From assembly GCA_964636375.1 (NCBI GenBank), contig CAZWRT010000002.1, forward strand, positions 11,528 through 75,527: a stretch of DNA of 64,000 nt, in the 5' to 3' direction. A program made the position numbers and the translations under genes. Position 1 is the first letter of the stretch; each line of letters begins with the position of its first letter. The notes beneath the pieces are model-generated. The model was given only the letters and a program-made list of their open reading frames with translations. It ran no database searches and had not been told where the DNA came from. Below are positions 9,999-19,676 of the stretch, piece after piece. The stretch comes from an uncultured Lachnobacterium sp. (GTDB lineage: Bacteria > Bacillota > Clostridia > Lachnospirales > Lachnospiraceae).

Positions 9999-10988
9999 TT
10001 ACTCTTTTCGGAGCTGATACTGTTCAAGGCTTAATTCTATGACCGTGCCTTTGTCCAATTCGGATTTTGCCAGAATCCCTATCCCAAGATTTCTGCAGAT
10101 CCGTCTGCACAGATAGAGCCCGATACCGCTTGCCTTTTTATCCGAACGCCCATTGTACCCGGTATAACCGTTCTCAAAGATGCGCGGCAGGTCTTCCGGC
10201 GCGATGCCGATGCCCGTATCCTCGATGCATAACACATCCGGCCCATGCATATAAATCCTGACGCTGCCCTCCCGGGTGTACTTTAATGCATTGGAGATGA
10301 TCTGCTCGAATACAAAGGACAGCCATTTGTCATCCGTGACAATCTTTTTGTCAATCTGCTCATATTCCAGACGAATTTTTCTGCCGATGAACTCGTGGGA
10401 AAATTTTTTGACCGCCTGCCGGATGACGGTGTCAAGGGAATGCTCCCGGAACACATAGTCACTGGAGGTGGAGTCCAGACGGAGAAACGCGAGCACCATT
10501 TCCACATACTGCTCGATGCGGAATAAGTCCGATCTGAGCTTGCGGGAGACGGGCGTATCCTCGTTCTGCAGATGGAGGCGCATCGACGCGATGGGCGTCT
10601 TGATCTGATGCACCCACGTCGTGTAATATTCGATCATGTCCTGATACCTGGCACTCATCGTCGTATCAAGTGCACTGATCTCTGCCTGCTGGGCACGGAT
10701 CACCGCCTGATAATCCTCGTCGTCCAATCTTTCCGCATAAGGCAGATCAACGATCATTGCAGACTCCAGGCGGCTGATTCCCTCCAGCCTGGCATGCTTC
10801 TGTCTTGCCTTGCCGTAATCCGCAAGGACAAAAAGGATTCCAAGCATCATGCAGAGCAGACACGGATACATAACTGCCTCGAGGGGCAGTCGATACAGCC
10901 TGAAAACAACTGCAAATATCACGGAAAACAAAAGCATCACAAGGATAACCTTTTTCTGTTGTTTCAAGTATTTCCAAAACAGCGCCAT
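9999..10988 (-). CDS. BceS-type intramembrane-sensing histidine kinase
   Basis: Two N-terminal TMs with no sensor loop; H-box WVHQIKTP; N-box QIISNALKY; GIGLYL. Confidence 0.92.
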   Translation of the reverse strand: MALFWKYLKQQKKVILVMLLFSVIFAVVFRLYRLPLEAVMYPCLLCMMLGILFVLADYGKARQKHARLEGISRLESAMIVDLPYAERLDDEDYQAVIRAQQAEISALDTTMSARYQDMIEYYTTWVHQIKTPIASMRLHLQNEDTPVSRKLRSDLFRIEQYVEMVLAFLRLDSTSSDYVFREHSLDTVIRQAVKKFSHEFIGRKIRLEYEQIDKKIVTDDKWLSFVFEQIISNALKYTREGSVRIYMHGPDVLCIEDTGIGIAPEDLPRIFENGYTGYNGRSDKKASGIGLYLCRRICRNLGIGILAKSELDKGTVIELSLEQYQLRKE

Positions 10989-11000
10989 CGCGGCTCCTCC

Positions 11001-11672
11001 TCACTCAATGAGATAGCCCTCTCCAAATCTGGTTGCAATGAAATTCGCCAGCCCGGCGGAATCCAGCTTTTTGCGAAGACGATTTACATTGACCGTCAGA
11101 GTATTCTCATCGACAAAGCTGTCCGTTTCCCATAACCGCTCCATCAGTTTTTCCCTGCTTACCACCCTGCCCTTATTCTCCATCAGACACAACAGAATGC
11201 GGTACTCGTTTTTAGAGAGCTCGAGTTTCCCGTCGGGACAGACGAGCGTATGATCTCCGGTATTCAAAATGGCGCCCCGGTGTTCTATGACCGGAACGCT
11301 CGAAGCGAAATCGTAAGCACGGCGGAGCATCGCCTGCACTTTGGCGATCAAAACACTCTGATCGAAGGGCTTTGCGATAAACTCATCCGCGCCCATATTC
11401 ATTGCCATCACGATATTCATATTGTCGGACGCAGAGGAGATAAAAATGACCGGCACCTTGGATACCCTGCGGATCTCACTGCACCAATGGTATCCGTTGA
11501 AATACGGCAGTGAGATATCCATAAGGACAAGATGGGGCTGTGCCGCCGCAAACTCCGCCATAATATTGCGAAAGTCGTCGGCTATAATGACCTCGTAGTC
11601 CCACAATTCGGCCTGCTCTCTGATCGCCTCTGCAATTCCCCGGTCATCCTCGACCACAAACAGTCTGTACAT
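11001..11672 (-). CDS. BceR-type OmpR family response regulator
   Basis: VVEDD, LMDISLP receiver; winged-helix NTLTVNVNRLRKKL. Confidence 0.93.
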   Translation of the reverse strand: MYRLFVVEDDRGIAEAIREQAELWDYEVIIADDFRNIMAEFAAAQPHLVLMDISLPYFNGYHWCSEIRRVSKVPVIFISSASDNMNIVMAMNMGADEFIAKPFDQSVLIAKVQAMLRRAYDFASSVPVIEHRGAILNTGDHTLVCPDGKLELSKNEYRILLCLMENKGRVVSREKLMERLWETDSFVDENTLTVNVNRLRKKLDSAGLANFIATRFGEGYLIE

Positions 11673-11685
11673 GCGTTTTCTCCAA

Positions 11686-11724
11686 AAGGAAAATGGTGCG
11701 CTCCGTTTGAGACTGCACCATTTC
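11686..11724 (-). terminator. Possible intrinsic terminator after the small membrane protein gene
   Basis: Stem AAATGGTGC/GCACCATTT followed by T-rich run on the minus strand. Confidence 0.45.
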
Positions 11725-11734
11725 ACTATCTTCT

Positions 11735-11872
11735 CTATTCTTCCTCGGAATCCTCTTCATCGGCAATCGCGGCAGCAGCCCCGGACACGGATGCAATCAC
11801 CGCTATGATCGCGCCGAGAATTGCCACAAAAATGATTATACCCATAAAAACCAGAAAGCCTTCGTCTGTCAT
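11735..11872 (-). CDS. Small single-TM protein with acidic tail (45-48 aa)
   Basis: Purine-rich RBS (AAGGAGG); MTDEGFLVFMGIIIFVAILGAIIAVIASVSG...DEEDSEEE; 11881 alternative start. Confidence 0.6.
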   Translation of the reverse strand: MTDEGFLVFMGIIIFVAILGAIIAVIASVSGAAAAIADEEDSEEE

Positions 11873-11954
11873 CTCCCTCATCTCCTCCTTTACGTTCCAG
11901 TATATCACACACCGAGCGGAAAATGCAACCGTCAGAATGATAATGATAATTCCC

Positions 11955-12647
11955 TTACAGCCCCATGACGGAATCAATCGGAAGAGCCATCACAAGCCCC
12001 TTGGCGTCACTGCGCATACCGCATTTTTCGCTAATTGCGCTCATAATTTCCACCTTTTTCTCCTCCTCGGACAGGATGAGCACAATTTCCTTCTCCTCCT
12101 GCATACTGAGGCCCCACGACGCTGCCACCTCCTCATTTCCGATCCAGCGGCTGTGGATCACGGTTCCGCCACTGGCGCCTGCCGCTCTGGCAGCTTCCAT
12201 CACATCCCCGCTGAATCCGATATCGACAGTGGCAGCAATCAATGCATATTTTGTATCAGACATATTGTTTCCAGCCTTTCCTATACTATGAATCTCATTT
12301 TCCTCTTCTTCCTTCTGGAGCATACGCAAAAGCAGCTTGTTCATACCGGTGAGCGGAACCGTAAACGCAATCCCGCTGTTTACCGCCCCCAGACGCAGCT
12401 CCTGGCGCAGCCTTGTCAGCATGGCGTTGCCCTGCTGACAAGGCACCGTGCTCATCAGAACACACTTGTCGATGCTGCCGAGCCCCAGCATATCCATAAT
12501 CTCGCTGGACGCGGTGCCCACGGCGTTCAGCCGGTACTGAACCGGCAGCGTACTCTTGCGGAATATCTTAGTCGCCTTTTCTGCAAGCTTGGGGTTGGTA
12601 ATCAACACCAACATCTGATATGACGGGGCCTTTTCGTGATTCTCCAT
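11955..12647 (-). CDS. Tandem PII-like (GlnB-fold) regulator
   Basis: Two repeats of a PII-like pattern (GTASSE...KCVLM...GIAFTVP; ARAAGASGGTVIHSR...EKEIVLIL...GLVMALPID); GGAGG RBS. Confidence 0.75.
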   Translation of the reverse strand: MENHEKAPSYQMLVLITNPKLAEKATKIFRKSTLPVQYRLNAVGTASSEIMDMLGLGSIDKCVLMSTVPCQQGNAMLTRLRQELRLGAVNSGIAFTVPLTGMNKLLLRMLQKEEEENEIHSIGKAGNNMSDTKYALIAATVDIGFSGDVMEAARAAGASGGTVIHSRWIGNEEVAASWGLSMQEEKEIVLILSEEEKKVEIMSAISEKCGMRSDAKGLVMALPIDSVMGL

Positions 12648-12668
12648 CGAAACCTCCATTCACCCGCT

Positions 12669-14195
12669 TCAGCGGGCACTCAAATCAATAATCTCGTCGC
12701 AGTCATCCAGATACGCGGCATGCTCCAGAGCCTTCTTCTGCATTGCCGTAGTCTTGACCTGATAAACGATTCCCATGATCTGTATCGCAATTAACGGTGT
12801 CAGGGCGACCAGCGCAACTACGCCGAATGCGTCCGTCATCAGATTGCCGCCGAGCGCCTGACAGGTCCCGATACTGAGCGGCAGCAAAAAGGTGGAGGTC
12901 ATAGGCCCGCTCGCCACGCCGCCTGAGTCAAACGCAATACCCACAAATATTTTCGGGACAAAGCGGGACAGCACCAACGCAATCAAATAGCCGGGAATGA
13001 TGATCCATTGGATCGACAGCCCCGTGAGCACCCGCATCATGGCGAGCCCTACACTGATGGCTACACCGGCGGACATACAGCGGTTCATGGCTTTCACCGA
13101 GATCGCGCCGTCGGTGACACTCTCCACCTGATGGTTGAGCACCTGAATCGCCGGCTCCGCCTTTACTATGTAGTAACCGATCAGCATTCCGATCGGAACA
13201 AGTATCCAGTTGAACACCAGAGATGCCAGCTCCTGTCCCAGAAAGGAGCCCACCGGCGCGAAACCAACGTTCACGCCGCACAGAAACAGCACCAGACCGG
13301 CGTAGGTATAGATCAGTCCCACGGCAATCCGCTTCAACTGCCTTTTCTTGTAACGCCGGGTAAGCATCTGAAACAGAATAAATACCACACCGATCGGCAG
13401 AAGGGAAACCATAACCTCTCTGGCATACGTCGGCAGCATTCCCGCAAACACCCGTACCACATCGCGGGTCGTCTCCACCGCGGCGACGTCCCCAAGGGAG
13501 TACATCGCCTCTGTCGGCCTGTAAAAACAGCCAAGAATCAATACGGCAAGAATCGGGCCCACGCTGGACAACGCCACCAGACCAAAGCTGTCGCTCGCGG
13601 AGTTTTTATCGGTTCGGATCGACGCAAGACCCACGCCCATCGCCATGATAAACGGCACGGTCATCGGTCCGGTGGTCACGCCGCCTGAGTCAAACGCCAC
13701 TGCCAGAAACTCGCGGGGCACCAGAAACGATGCGCCGATCAGCAGCAGGTACAAGACAATCAGAATCTTGGACAGGTCGATCTGGAACTTGATACGCACG
13801 ATTGCCAGCGCGAGAAACAGACCTACACCCACAGCCACCGTCAGGATCAGCACCCGATTGGGCACTGACGGCACCTGCTCCGCAAGCACCTGCAGATCCG
13901 GCTCGGATATTGTAATAATCGCCCCCATGACAAAGCTGATCAGCAGCACAAGCAGAATTGTGCGCGTCTTCGACAGCTGCACGCCGATCCCTTCGCCGAT
14001 CGGTGTCATCGCCATCTCCGCACCGAGCTGGAAAAAACCCATTCCCAGAATCAGCATAATCGCACCGACAATAAAGATCACCAGACTGCCCAGCTCCATC
14101 GGCACCAGAAAAATGCTGATGAGCAATACAATGCCTGTAATTGGGAGAACAGCAGACAGAGATTCCATCGTTTTCTCTCGTAATTTTGGATTCAA
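12669..14195 (-). CDS. DUF1538 family membrane protein (two fused repeats), putative transporter
   Basis: Duplicated motifs EPDLQVL/EPAIQVL and AFDSGGVTTGPMT/AFDSGGVASGPMT, DSFG/DAFG; TTG start after AAGGAG. Confidence 0.85.
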   Translation of the reverse strand: MNPKLREKTMESLSAVLPITGIVLLISIFLVPMELGSLVIFIVGAIMLILGMGFFQLGAEMAMTPIGEGIGVQLSKTRTILLVLLISFVMGAIITISEPDLQVLAEQVPSVPNRVLILTVAVGVGLFLALAIVRIKFQIDLSKILIVLYLLLIGASFLVPREFLAVAFDSGGVTTGPMTVPFIMAMGVGLASIRTDKNSASDSFGLVALSSVGPILAVLILGCFYRPTEAMYSLGDVAAVETTRDVVRVFAGMLPTYAREVMVSLLPIGVVFILFQMLTRRYKKRQLKRIAVGLIYTYAGLVLFLCGVNVGFAPVGSFLGQELASLVFNWILVPIGMLIGYYIVKAEPAIQVLNHQVESVTDGAISVKAMNRCMSAGVAISVGLAMMRVLTGLSIQWIIIPGYLIALVLSRFVPKIFVGIAFDSGGVASGPMTSTFLLPLSIGTCQALGGNLMTDAFGVVALVALTPLIAIQIMGIVYQVKTTAMQKKALEHAAYLDDCDEIIDLSAR

Positions 14196-14225
14196 GTTTC
14201 GCTCCTTCCTAACATAATCTTCCTT

Positions 14226-14498
14226 TTATCCTCCCGCACGCATCAGGCAGCACAGAAAAACCTGTACGGCAAGAATCAGCGGCATCCCAGCCACAAAGTA
14301 CCAGTGCCTGGTCTTATGGCGGAATAAGTACATTCCCGCCCAACAGCCCGCACTCCCCCCGAGAAGGCTCACGAGAAAAAAGCTCCGCTCCGGAATCCGC
14401 CACCTGCGGGTCCTCGCCCTGTGCTTATCCATCCCCATCATAACCAACCCGGTCAAGTTCATCGCAGTGACATAGACTGCCGCCAAAATCGAATTCAT
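14226..14498 (-). CDS. DUF1294 family small membrane protein
   Basis: MGMDKHRA...WRIPE...GG..G...FRHKT.HWYF signature. Confidence 0.88.
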   Translation of the reverse strand: MNSILAAVYVTAMNLTGLVMMGMDKHRARTRRWRIPERSFFLVSLLGGSAGCWAGMYLFRHKTRHWYFVAGMPLILAVQVFLCCLMRAGG

Positions 14499-14561
14499 AA
14501 CATGATTTTACACCATAGAGGCCCGTCCCTGCAAGACAGAATATTACTATTCACAGTAACG

Positions 14562-15167
14562 TCAAATACACAGCCACCGTCCCCCGCAGCAGCAGTTGCA
14601 CAGCGCATTGATCAGGCACAGCCGGAAACATATATTTGCCGGATCAAGATCCGGCATTCCGTAGGTTTGCTGCCTGCTCTGATACCAGGTGCCTCCGCTC
14701 TCCATCTGCATTTTACAAAACTGGTAATTCGGGTTGCCCGGCTCCATCGCAACCGCCCGGTCAATATACTGCTTGGCAAGAACCGCATTTCCGACTCCCG
14801 CGTTCGCCAAAGCACTGAAGTAATACCACTGCGCGTTCCGCTCCTGCATTTCATTCAGTATACGAATCGCCTCCCTGTAATAGCCGGCATTGATGTAATT
14901 GGCGGCCGCCCTCAGATGCGAGGAGTCCTCTTCCCTGCTCTCCGCCCGGGCTCCCTGCCTCTGACCGTGGTATGTCTGTCCGCCGCTTCTCTCCTCCACA
15001 ATCGCTTTATAGGCCTGCTGGACTTCCTTAAACCTGTCTTCGGCTTCCTTCGGATTGTCTATATTTGCGTCCGGATGGTATTTTCTGCTCGCCGCGCGAT
15101 ACGCTTTCTTGATCTCGTCGTCGGAGGCATCCCTTCGGACACCCAGCACCTCATAAGGATCTTTCAT
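14562..15167 (-). CDS. J-domain protein with TPR-like segment and Cys-rich C-terminus
   Basis: DPYEVLGV...KYHPD J-domain; helical repeat [10 protein letters not shown]...AVAMEPGN; tail [17 protein letters not shown]. Confidence 0.88.
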   Translation of the reverse strand: MKDPYEVLGVRRDASDDEIKKAYRAASRKYHPDANIDNPKEAEDRFKEVQQAYKAIVEERSGGQTYHGQRQGARAESREEDSSHLRAAANYINAGYYREAIRILNEMQERNAQWYYFSALANAGVGNAVLAKQYIDRAVAMEPGNPNYQFCKMQMESGGTWYQSRQQTYGMPDLDPANICFRLCLINALCNCCCGGRWLCI

Positions 15168-16006
15168 GCTCTGTTCTCCTTTTCTGCCATCCGTTTTCTC
15201 TTCGTAATTTCATAGCGGTTCCACACGCCGGAGTACAGAATGTTTCTCAAAATTTCTACATTTGTTATGATTGGCAGCCGCTCAAAGGTCCGACAGCATT
15301 CCGCCATCATCATGGTCATCAGTTCCTTGCAGCTATCCTCAAAAAAAGCCTCTCCGTATATGCTCAAAAAGGGATTGTATCTGCCCTTTTTGATGTCGTC
15401 CTCAATATCCTCATAGGCGTCGCACAGATAAATAAACCGGCCTAAATAGGAGCCCATACGATACAATTCGTCCTTCCACTCATCCTCGTGGCAGACAAAG
15501 ACCGTCCCCAGCATGTTCCCGGAAAGCTCAGCCATCTTGTCGATATCCTTTTCCTTCTGCCTCTCACATTCCGTCAGGGCATTAATCGCCCTCTCGATCT
15601 GTTCCGCTTTCTGCGGATATTTCTCCTTGACCTTTCTCTGCCCCTTGCGCAGTAAGGTTTTGTAGACGGCACTCCTGCACTTTCTTTCGTCCGTCCAGTC
15701 GTCCTGACATTTGTAGTACATGAGAAGCAGGTTCATGTCCGCCGCGTACTCCGTATAACGGTTGCGCCGCACCGGGCGTTTTTCGAAAGGATGCAGCATA
15801 CAGCCCTTCCCCAAATCCTCCTTTTGCGGCTCATACAGCCCCGTCAGCAGGAGCAGCAGAAAATTCATATCGTAATTCAGTCCGATCCTCCCCGCGACGC
15901 CATACCGATCCTTCAGTTCCCTGCACAGGCCGCAGTAGTAGGACTGATACAGCTCCAGCTCCCGGATTTTCAGCTCCGATTTATTTACCGTAACGTATCC
16001 AAACAT
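15164..16006 (-). CDS. DUF5685 family protein
   Basis: MFGYV...YYCGLC...NYD signature; Asp-rich motifs QDDWTDE and DAYEDIEDD; 4-bp overlap with the J-domain gene. Confidence 0.8.
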   Translation of the reverse strand: MFGYVTVNKSELKIRELELYQSYYCGLCRELKDRYGVAGRIGLNYDMNFLLLLLTGLYEPQKEDLGKGCMLHPFEKRPVRRNRYTEYAADMNLLLMYYKCQDDWTDERKCRSAVYKTLLRKGQRKVKEKYPQKAEQIERAINALTECERQKEKDIDKMAELSGNMLGTVFVCHEDEWKDELYRMGSYLGRFIYLCDAYEDIEDDIKKGRYNPFLSIYGEAFFEDSCKELMTMMMAECCRTFERLPIITNVEILRNILYSGVWNRYEITKRKRMAEKENRA

Positions 16007-16012
16007 CCGCTC

Positions 16013-16465
16013 TTACGACTTCCTTTCAAACTGGTTTCTGCATTTTGGACAGGTGATGACGATCCTTCCATGCCCTCTGGGAACCCGGCTGTAGGATCTG
16101 CATTTTGGGCATCGGTAGTAGCGGTACTCCTTTCGCTCCCTAAACCGTTTTTTCTGAATGCGGAAAAATTTTTTCACGCTGCCGGAAAGCTGAAGATAGC
16201 CGTCCCTCTCCTTCCTTCTGCGCGCATAATTCTTGGAAAAACAGCGATAAGCTCCCCAGATTATCAGCGCAAACCCCAGCAGGTAAAAAAATCGAAACCA
16301 GGGGATCAGGGACACTATGACTAAAACAAGTCCCGCCATATACAAAACATTCGTAAGCTCATCCGGCCCGCAGCAGCCGTATGTCGCCCGCCTGAACTTT
16401 TCCCTGAGCTGATACCAAAAACCCTTCAATGCAAATCCTGCCTCCCTTCGACCATGATCCGCCAA
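16013..16465 (-). CDS. Membrane protein with C-terminal zinc ribbon
   Basis: Two TM segments then CPKC...RVP...ITCPKC; TTG start after AAGGA. Confidence 0.75.
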   Translation of the reverse strand: MADHGRREAGFALKGFWYQLREKFRRATYGCCGPDELTNVLYMAGLVLVIVSLIPWFRFFYLLGFALIIWGAYRCFSKNYARRRKERDGYLQLSGSVKKFFRIQKKRFRERKEYRYYRCPKCRSYSRVPRGHGRIVITCPKCRNQFERKS

Positions 16466-16553
16466 TATATTCCTTATTTTTAAGTAAACAACAGATTTCG
16501 CACGCTGTCAAATTAAAATACTATAAACAAAATAAACTGTAACAAAATCCACA

Positions 16554-16567
16554 GTGACTTTCGTCAT
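16554..16567 (+). promoter_or_regulatory. Putative NarL/LnrK-type regulator binding site
   Basis: GTGAC-TTTC-GTCAT inverted repeat about 100 bp upstream of the ABC operon that carries a NarL-type regulator. Confidence 0.5.
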
Positions 16568-16668
16568 GTTGATTTTCTATCTTTTGGCACTGACTATTCC
16601 CCGCCTCATCTGATACAATGTTGTGCGTAAAGACAAGAAAACCGCTGGTAAAAGAATAGGAGCAGGAA

Positions 16669-17442
16669 ATGAAAACAGTTGTGAAATTGGATGGATTGAT
16701 ACGAAAGTATGACAATCGGGCAGTCGTTGACGGCGTGTCCTTAGAGATCAGGGAGGGAGAAATTTTCGGTCTTCTGGGGCCCAACGGCGCCGGGAAATCG
16801 ACGACCATGAATATGATCTGCTCTCTCTTAAAGCCGACGGCAGGGGAAATCGAGCTGTTCGGCTGCAATATCAAAAGGGACGTGCATAAGGTAAAACCGA
16901 TGCTCGGATATATTCCGCAGGAGCTGGCAATTTACGGCAATCTGAAGGCATGGGAGAATGTCGAGCTCTTCACTTCTCTGTACGACATCAAAGGGAAGGA
17001 CTTAAAAAACGCCATCGACGAGTCTCTGGCATTTGTGGAGCTGGCAGATAAGCGGAATGCCTTCGCAAAAACCTTTTCCGGCGGCATGAAACGGCGGCTG
17101 AATATCGCCTGTGCACTGGGCCATAAGCCAAAGCTGCTGATCTTCGACGAACCCACGGTGGGAATCGATCCCCAGTCCCGGAATTTTATTCTGGAAAAGA
17201 TCAGGCAGGCGAATCAGAACGGAACCACCGTGATCTATACCAGCCACTACATGGAAGAGGTGGAGGCGCTGTGCAGCCGGGTGGCCATCATGGACAACGG
17301 CAAAATCATTGCCTGCGGCACCAAAGATGAGTTAAAGAATATGGTGCGCAAAGACCCGTCGGAGGAAATCTCGCTGGAGGAAGTCTTCCTGACGCTGACC
17401 GGCAAATCCCTTCGCGATTATGTGGAGGGATTAAGAAGATGA
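16669..17442 (+). CDS. ABC-2 type exporter ATP-binding protein (LnrL/YfiL-like)
   Basis: GPNGAGKST, FSGGMKRRLNIA, DEPTVGIDPQSRN. Confidence 0.92.
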   Translation: MKTVVKLDGLIRKYDNRAVVDGVSLEIREGEIFGLLGPNGAGKSTTMNMICSLLKPTAGEIELFGCNIKRDVHKVKPMLGYIPQELAIYGNLKAWENVELFTSLYDIKGKDLKNAIDESLAFVELADKRNAFAKTFSGGMKRRLNIACALGHKPKLLIFDEPTVGIDPQSRNFILEKIRQANQNGTTVIYTSHYMEEVEALCSRVAIMDNGKIIACGTKDELKNMVRKDPSEEISLEEVFLTLTGKSLRDYVEGLRR

Positions 17443-18515
17443 ATAAATTAGGCATCCTCATAAAGAATAATCTCAAGCTGATATTCCGCAATAGAGTAAT
17501 AATCTTTGTCGTGATCGCGAGCACCGTACTGGTCGTTGCCGCACTGTCCAACGCATTTCACACTCTGCTGGACCAGGCGGAAAAGTCCGGCGAGTTCAGG
17601 CTGGGCTACCAGATGGCGGAGGACAGCTCTTTCCTTATGGACGAAGAAATGCTCCTCTCGTCACTGGAAAGCGAAGGGATTTCCTGCCAGAAATTTTATG
17701 GAGAAACACCCTCAGAAATCGTAGAGGACGGACAGGTAGCGGTATTTATCGATTTCTCCGGAGACGATTATCACATTTTCGGCGGCAGTAAAAATGAGGG
17801 GCAGGTTCGCTCAATCCAGTTCGCGATGTTTCTCGCCACGGAATCTGCGAGAGCCGCCCTGTCCGGCAGTGCATCCACCTTCCGGCCGGAGGTATCCGAG
17901 CTCCCTGCCCTCCAGACCGTAGGTGCACAGGACTATTACAGTATGATTGAAATTATTTATTTTTTAAGCCTTTGCGTAATCTTCCTGAGTATCATCATAC
18001 AGGCGGAGCGTGGAAATCATATTCAGAGCCGTTTTCGAGCCTGCAATGCAGGCAGCGCCGTACTGTATTTCGGGAAACTGATTTCCTGCGTCCTGGTTGC
18101 ATGGCTGACGCAGATCGCGATAACGGGCGGGCTTGTGACTGTACTGTTCGACGTTCACTGGGGAAAGCCATGGATTGTTTTCCCTCTGCTGGCTCTGGAG
18201 GCAGCGGCGTTTGCCGCATTCGGAATGGTGTTCTTTCTGCTTTTTCGCAATATGGCAACAGCAATCGGTCTATTGTTCATGGTTCTCTGGTTCTCCGGCT
18301 TTGTGGGCGGAACCTTTGAGACTTACATGTACTCCTCGGTGCCGGATTCCATCAAGGAACTCTCACCGCTGTATTATCTGAACCGGACGATCGTGGAGTA
18401 TTCCGCCATGGGGGAGAGCCGCTATCTCCTGCCGTGTGTTCTCTATATGGCGGCAATGCTTTTGGTATGTGTTCCTCTGGGAATCTTTTTGACCGGACGG
18501 GGAAAGGAGAAATAA
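17439..18515 (+). CDS. ABC-2 type permease (LnrM-like)
   Basis: 1 TM + loop + several TMs; overlaps the ATPase gene. Confidence 0.82.
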   Translation: MNKLGILIKNNLKLIFRNRVIIFVVIASTVLVVAALSNAFHTLLDQAEKSGEFRLGYQMAEDSSFLMDEEMLLSSLESEGISCQKFYGETPSEIVEDGQVAVFIDFSGDDYHIFGGSKNEGQVRSIQFAMFLATESARAALSGSASTFRPEVSELPALQTVGAQDYYSMIEIIYFLSLCVIFLSIIIQAERGNHIQSRFRACNAGSAVLYFGKLISCVLVAWLTQIAITGGLVTVLFDVHWGKPWIVFPLLALEAAAFAAFGMVFFLLFRNMATAIGLLFMVLWFSGFVGGTFETYMYSSVPDSIKELSPLYYLNRTIVEYSAMGESRYLLPCVLYMAAMLLVCVPLGIFLTGRGKEK

Positions 18516-19670
18516 ATGAAAAATGCATGTAGAATGGCAAAATCTTCTCTGAAGCTTCTATTTCGCAACAAAGGTTTCTTCGTCGTGGGAATATTGATTC
18601 CGATTTTAGCGACGCTTCTCATCCGTATACCAAACGGAGTTTCGGAGACAGCGACCCCGAATTCTGTCTGTGAGCTTCCCCGGCTCAACACGCAGATGGC
18701 ATATCTGTGCAACTTTAACTGCCTTCCGGTAAAGGTTTATGACCGGGTGAATTCCGATCAGTCGCAGGCCTTATGCGCCAGGCTCACCGAGGCGGGATTA
18801 TTTCAGATTTTCCGCGTAGACTGCAGCGCATATTCCACGGAAGAGATCATGGAGAGCGCGCGGACTTCGGCATTGAATGACAAAGTGGGAGCGATTCTGA
18901 TTCTGGAAGAAAACCAAGAGGATACCAAACTGTTCCGCGTGGGGGAGGACGATCGCTTCGATCTGCTGAAAGAAGCTCTGGCGCTCTGTATCCCCATGCC
19001 CTCCTCCGCACAGGAGGCCTCTTCCAGAGTGACCTATGTGACCGTGAACTCCGGGGACGATGTCAATTACAATCGGACGAAAGGATTTGCCTACTGTGTC
19101 GCAGTGGCAACGATCGCCTTTATCTTCGGAGGTGTACTGATCCTGGGCACCATCCTCACAGAAAAGCAGGATCACGTATATTCCCGGCTCATGCTGACAA
19201 CGGCGACGCGGGCGAGCTATATCCTTTCCAAGGTAATACTGACATTCGGTATTTCCCTGATCCAGACCGTTGTAATGACGCTCAGCTTTGTATTTCTGGT
19301 AAAAGCGGATCTTGAGATCAGCGTCCTGCAGTTTGCCTGCATTCTGTTCCTTGAGGGCATTGTTTTTAACTTTTTAAGCGTCTGCACGGGGATGTTCTGC
19401 AATTCCATGTCAGCTGCGGCATTCCTCGCCTTTACGATGTGGAGCATATCGGCGCTTTTGGCGGGAACTTATTTCGATATCAGCAGCGCGGGAGACCTGT
19501 ACAAAAAATTTGCGATGCTGATGCCCCAGCGTTGGGCGCTTCTTGCCGCCACGCGGTTTCAGAACGGGGATTCCGGCGCCTACCCGCTCATTTTTAGTGT
19601 GACAGCAGCATATTTACTTGTTATACTGGTGATAGGTATCCTGGGACTCAAGCTGAATGAAAGGGAATAG
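18516..19670 (+). CDS. ABC-2 type permease (LnrN-like)
   Basis: Same topology; EKQDHVYSRL and MPQRW motifs. Confidence 0.82.
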   Translation: MKNACRMAKSSLKLLFRNKGFFVVGILIPILATLLIRIPNGVSETATPNSVCELPRLNTQMAYLCNFNCLPVKVYDRVNSDQSQALCARLTEAGLFQIFRVDCSAYSTEEIMESARTSALNDKVGAILILEENQEDTKLFRVGEDDRFDLLKEALALCIPMPSSAQEASSRVTYVTVNSGDDVNYNRTKGFAYCVAVATIAFIFGGVLILGTILTEKQDHVYSRLMLTTATRASYILSKVILTFGISLIQTVVMTLSFVFLVKADLEISVLQFACILFLEGIVFNFLSVCTGMFCNSMSAAAFLAFTMWSISALLAGTYFDISSAGDLYKKFAMLMPQRWALLAATRFQNGDSGAYPLIFSVTAAYLLVILVIGILGLKLNERE

Positions 19671-19676
19671 GCATGT

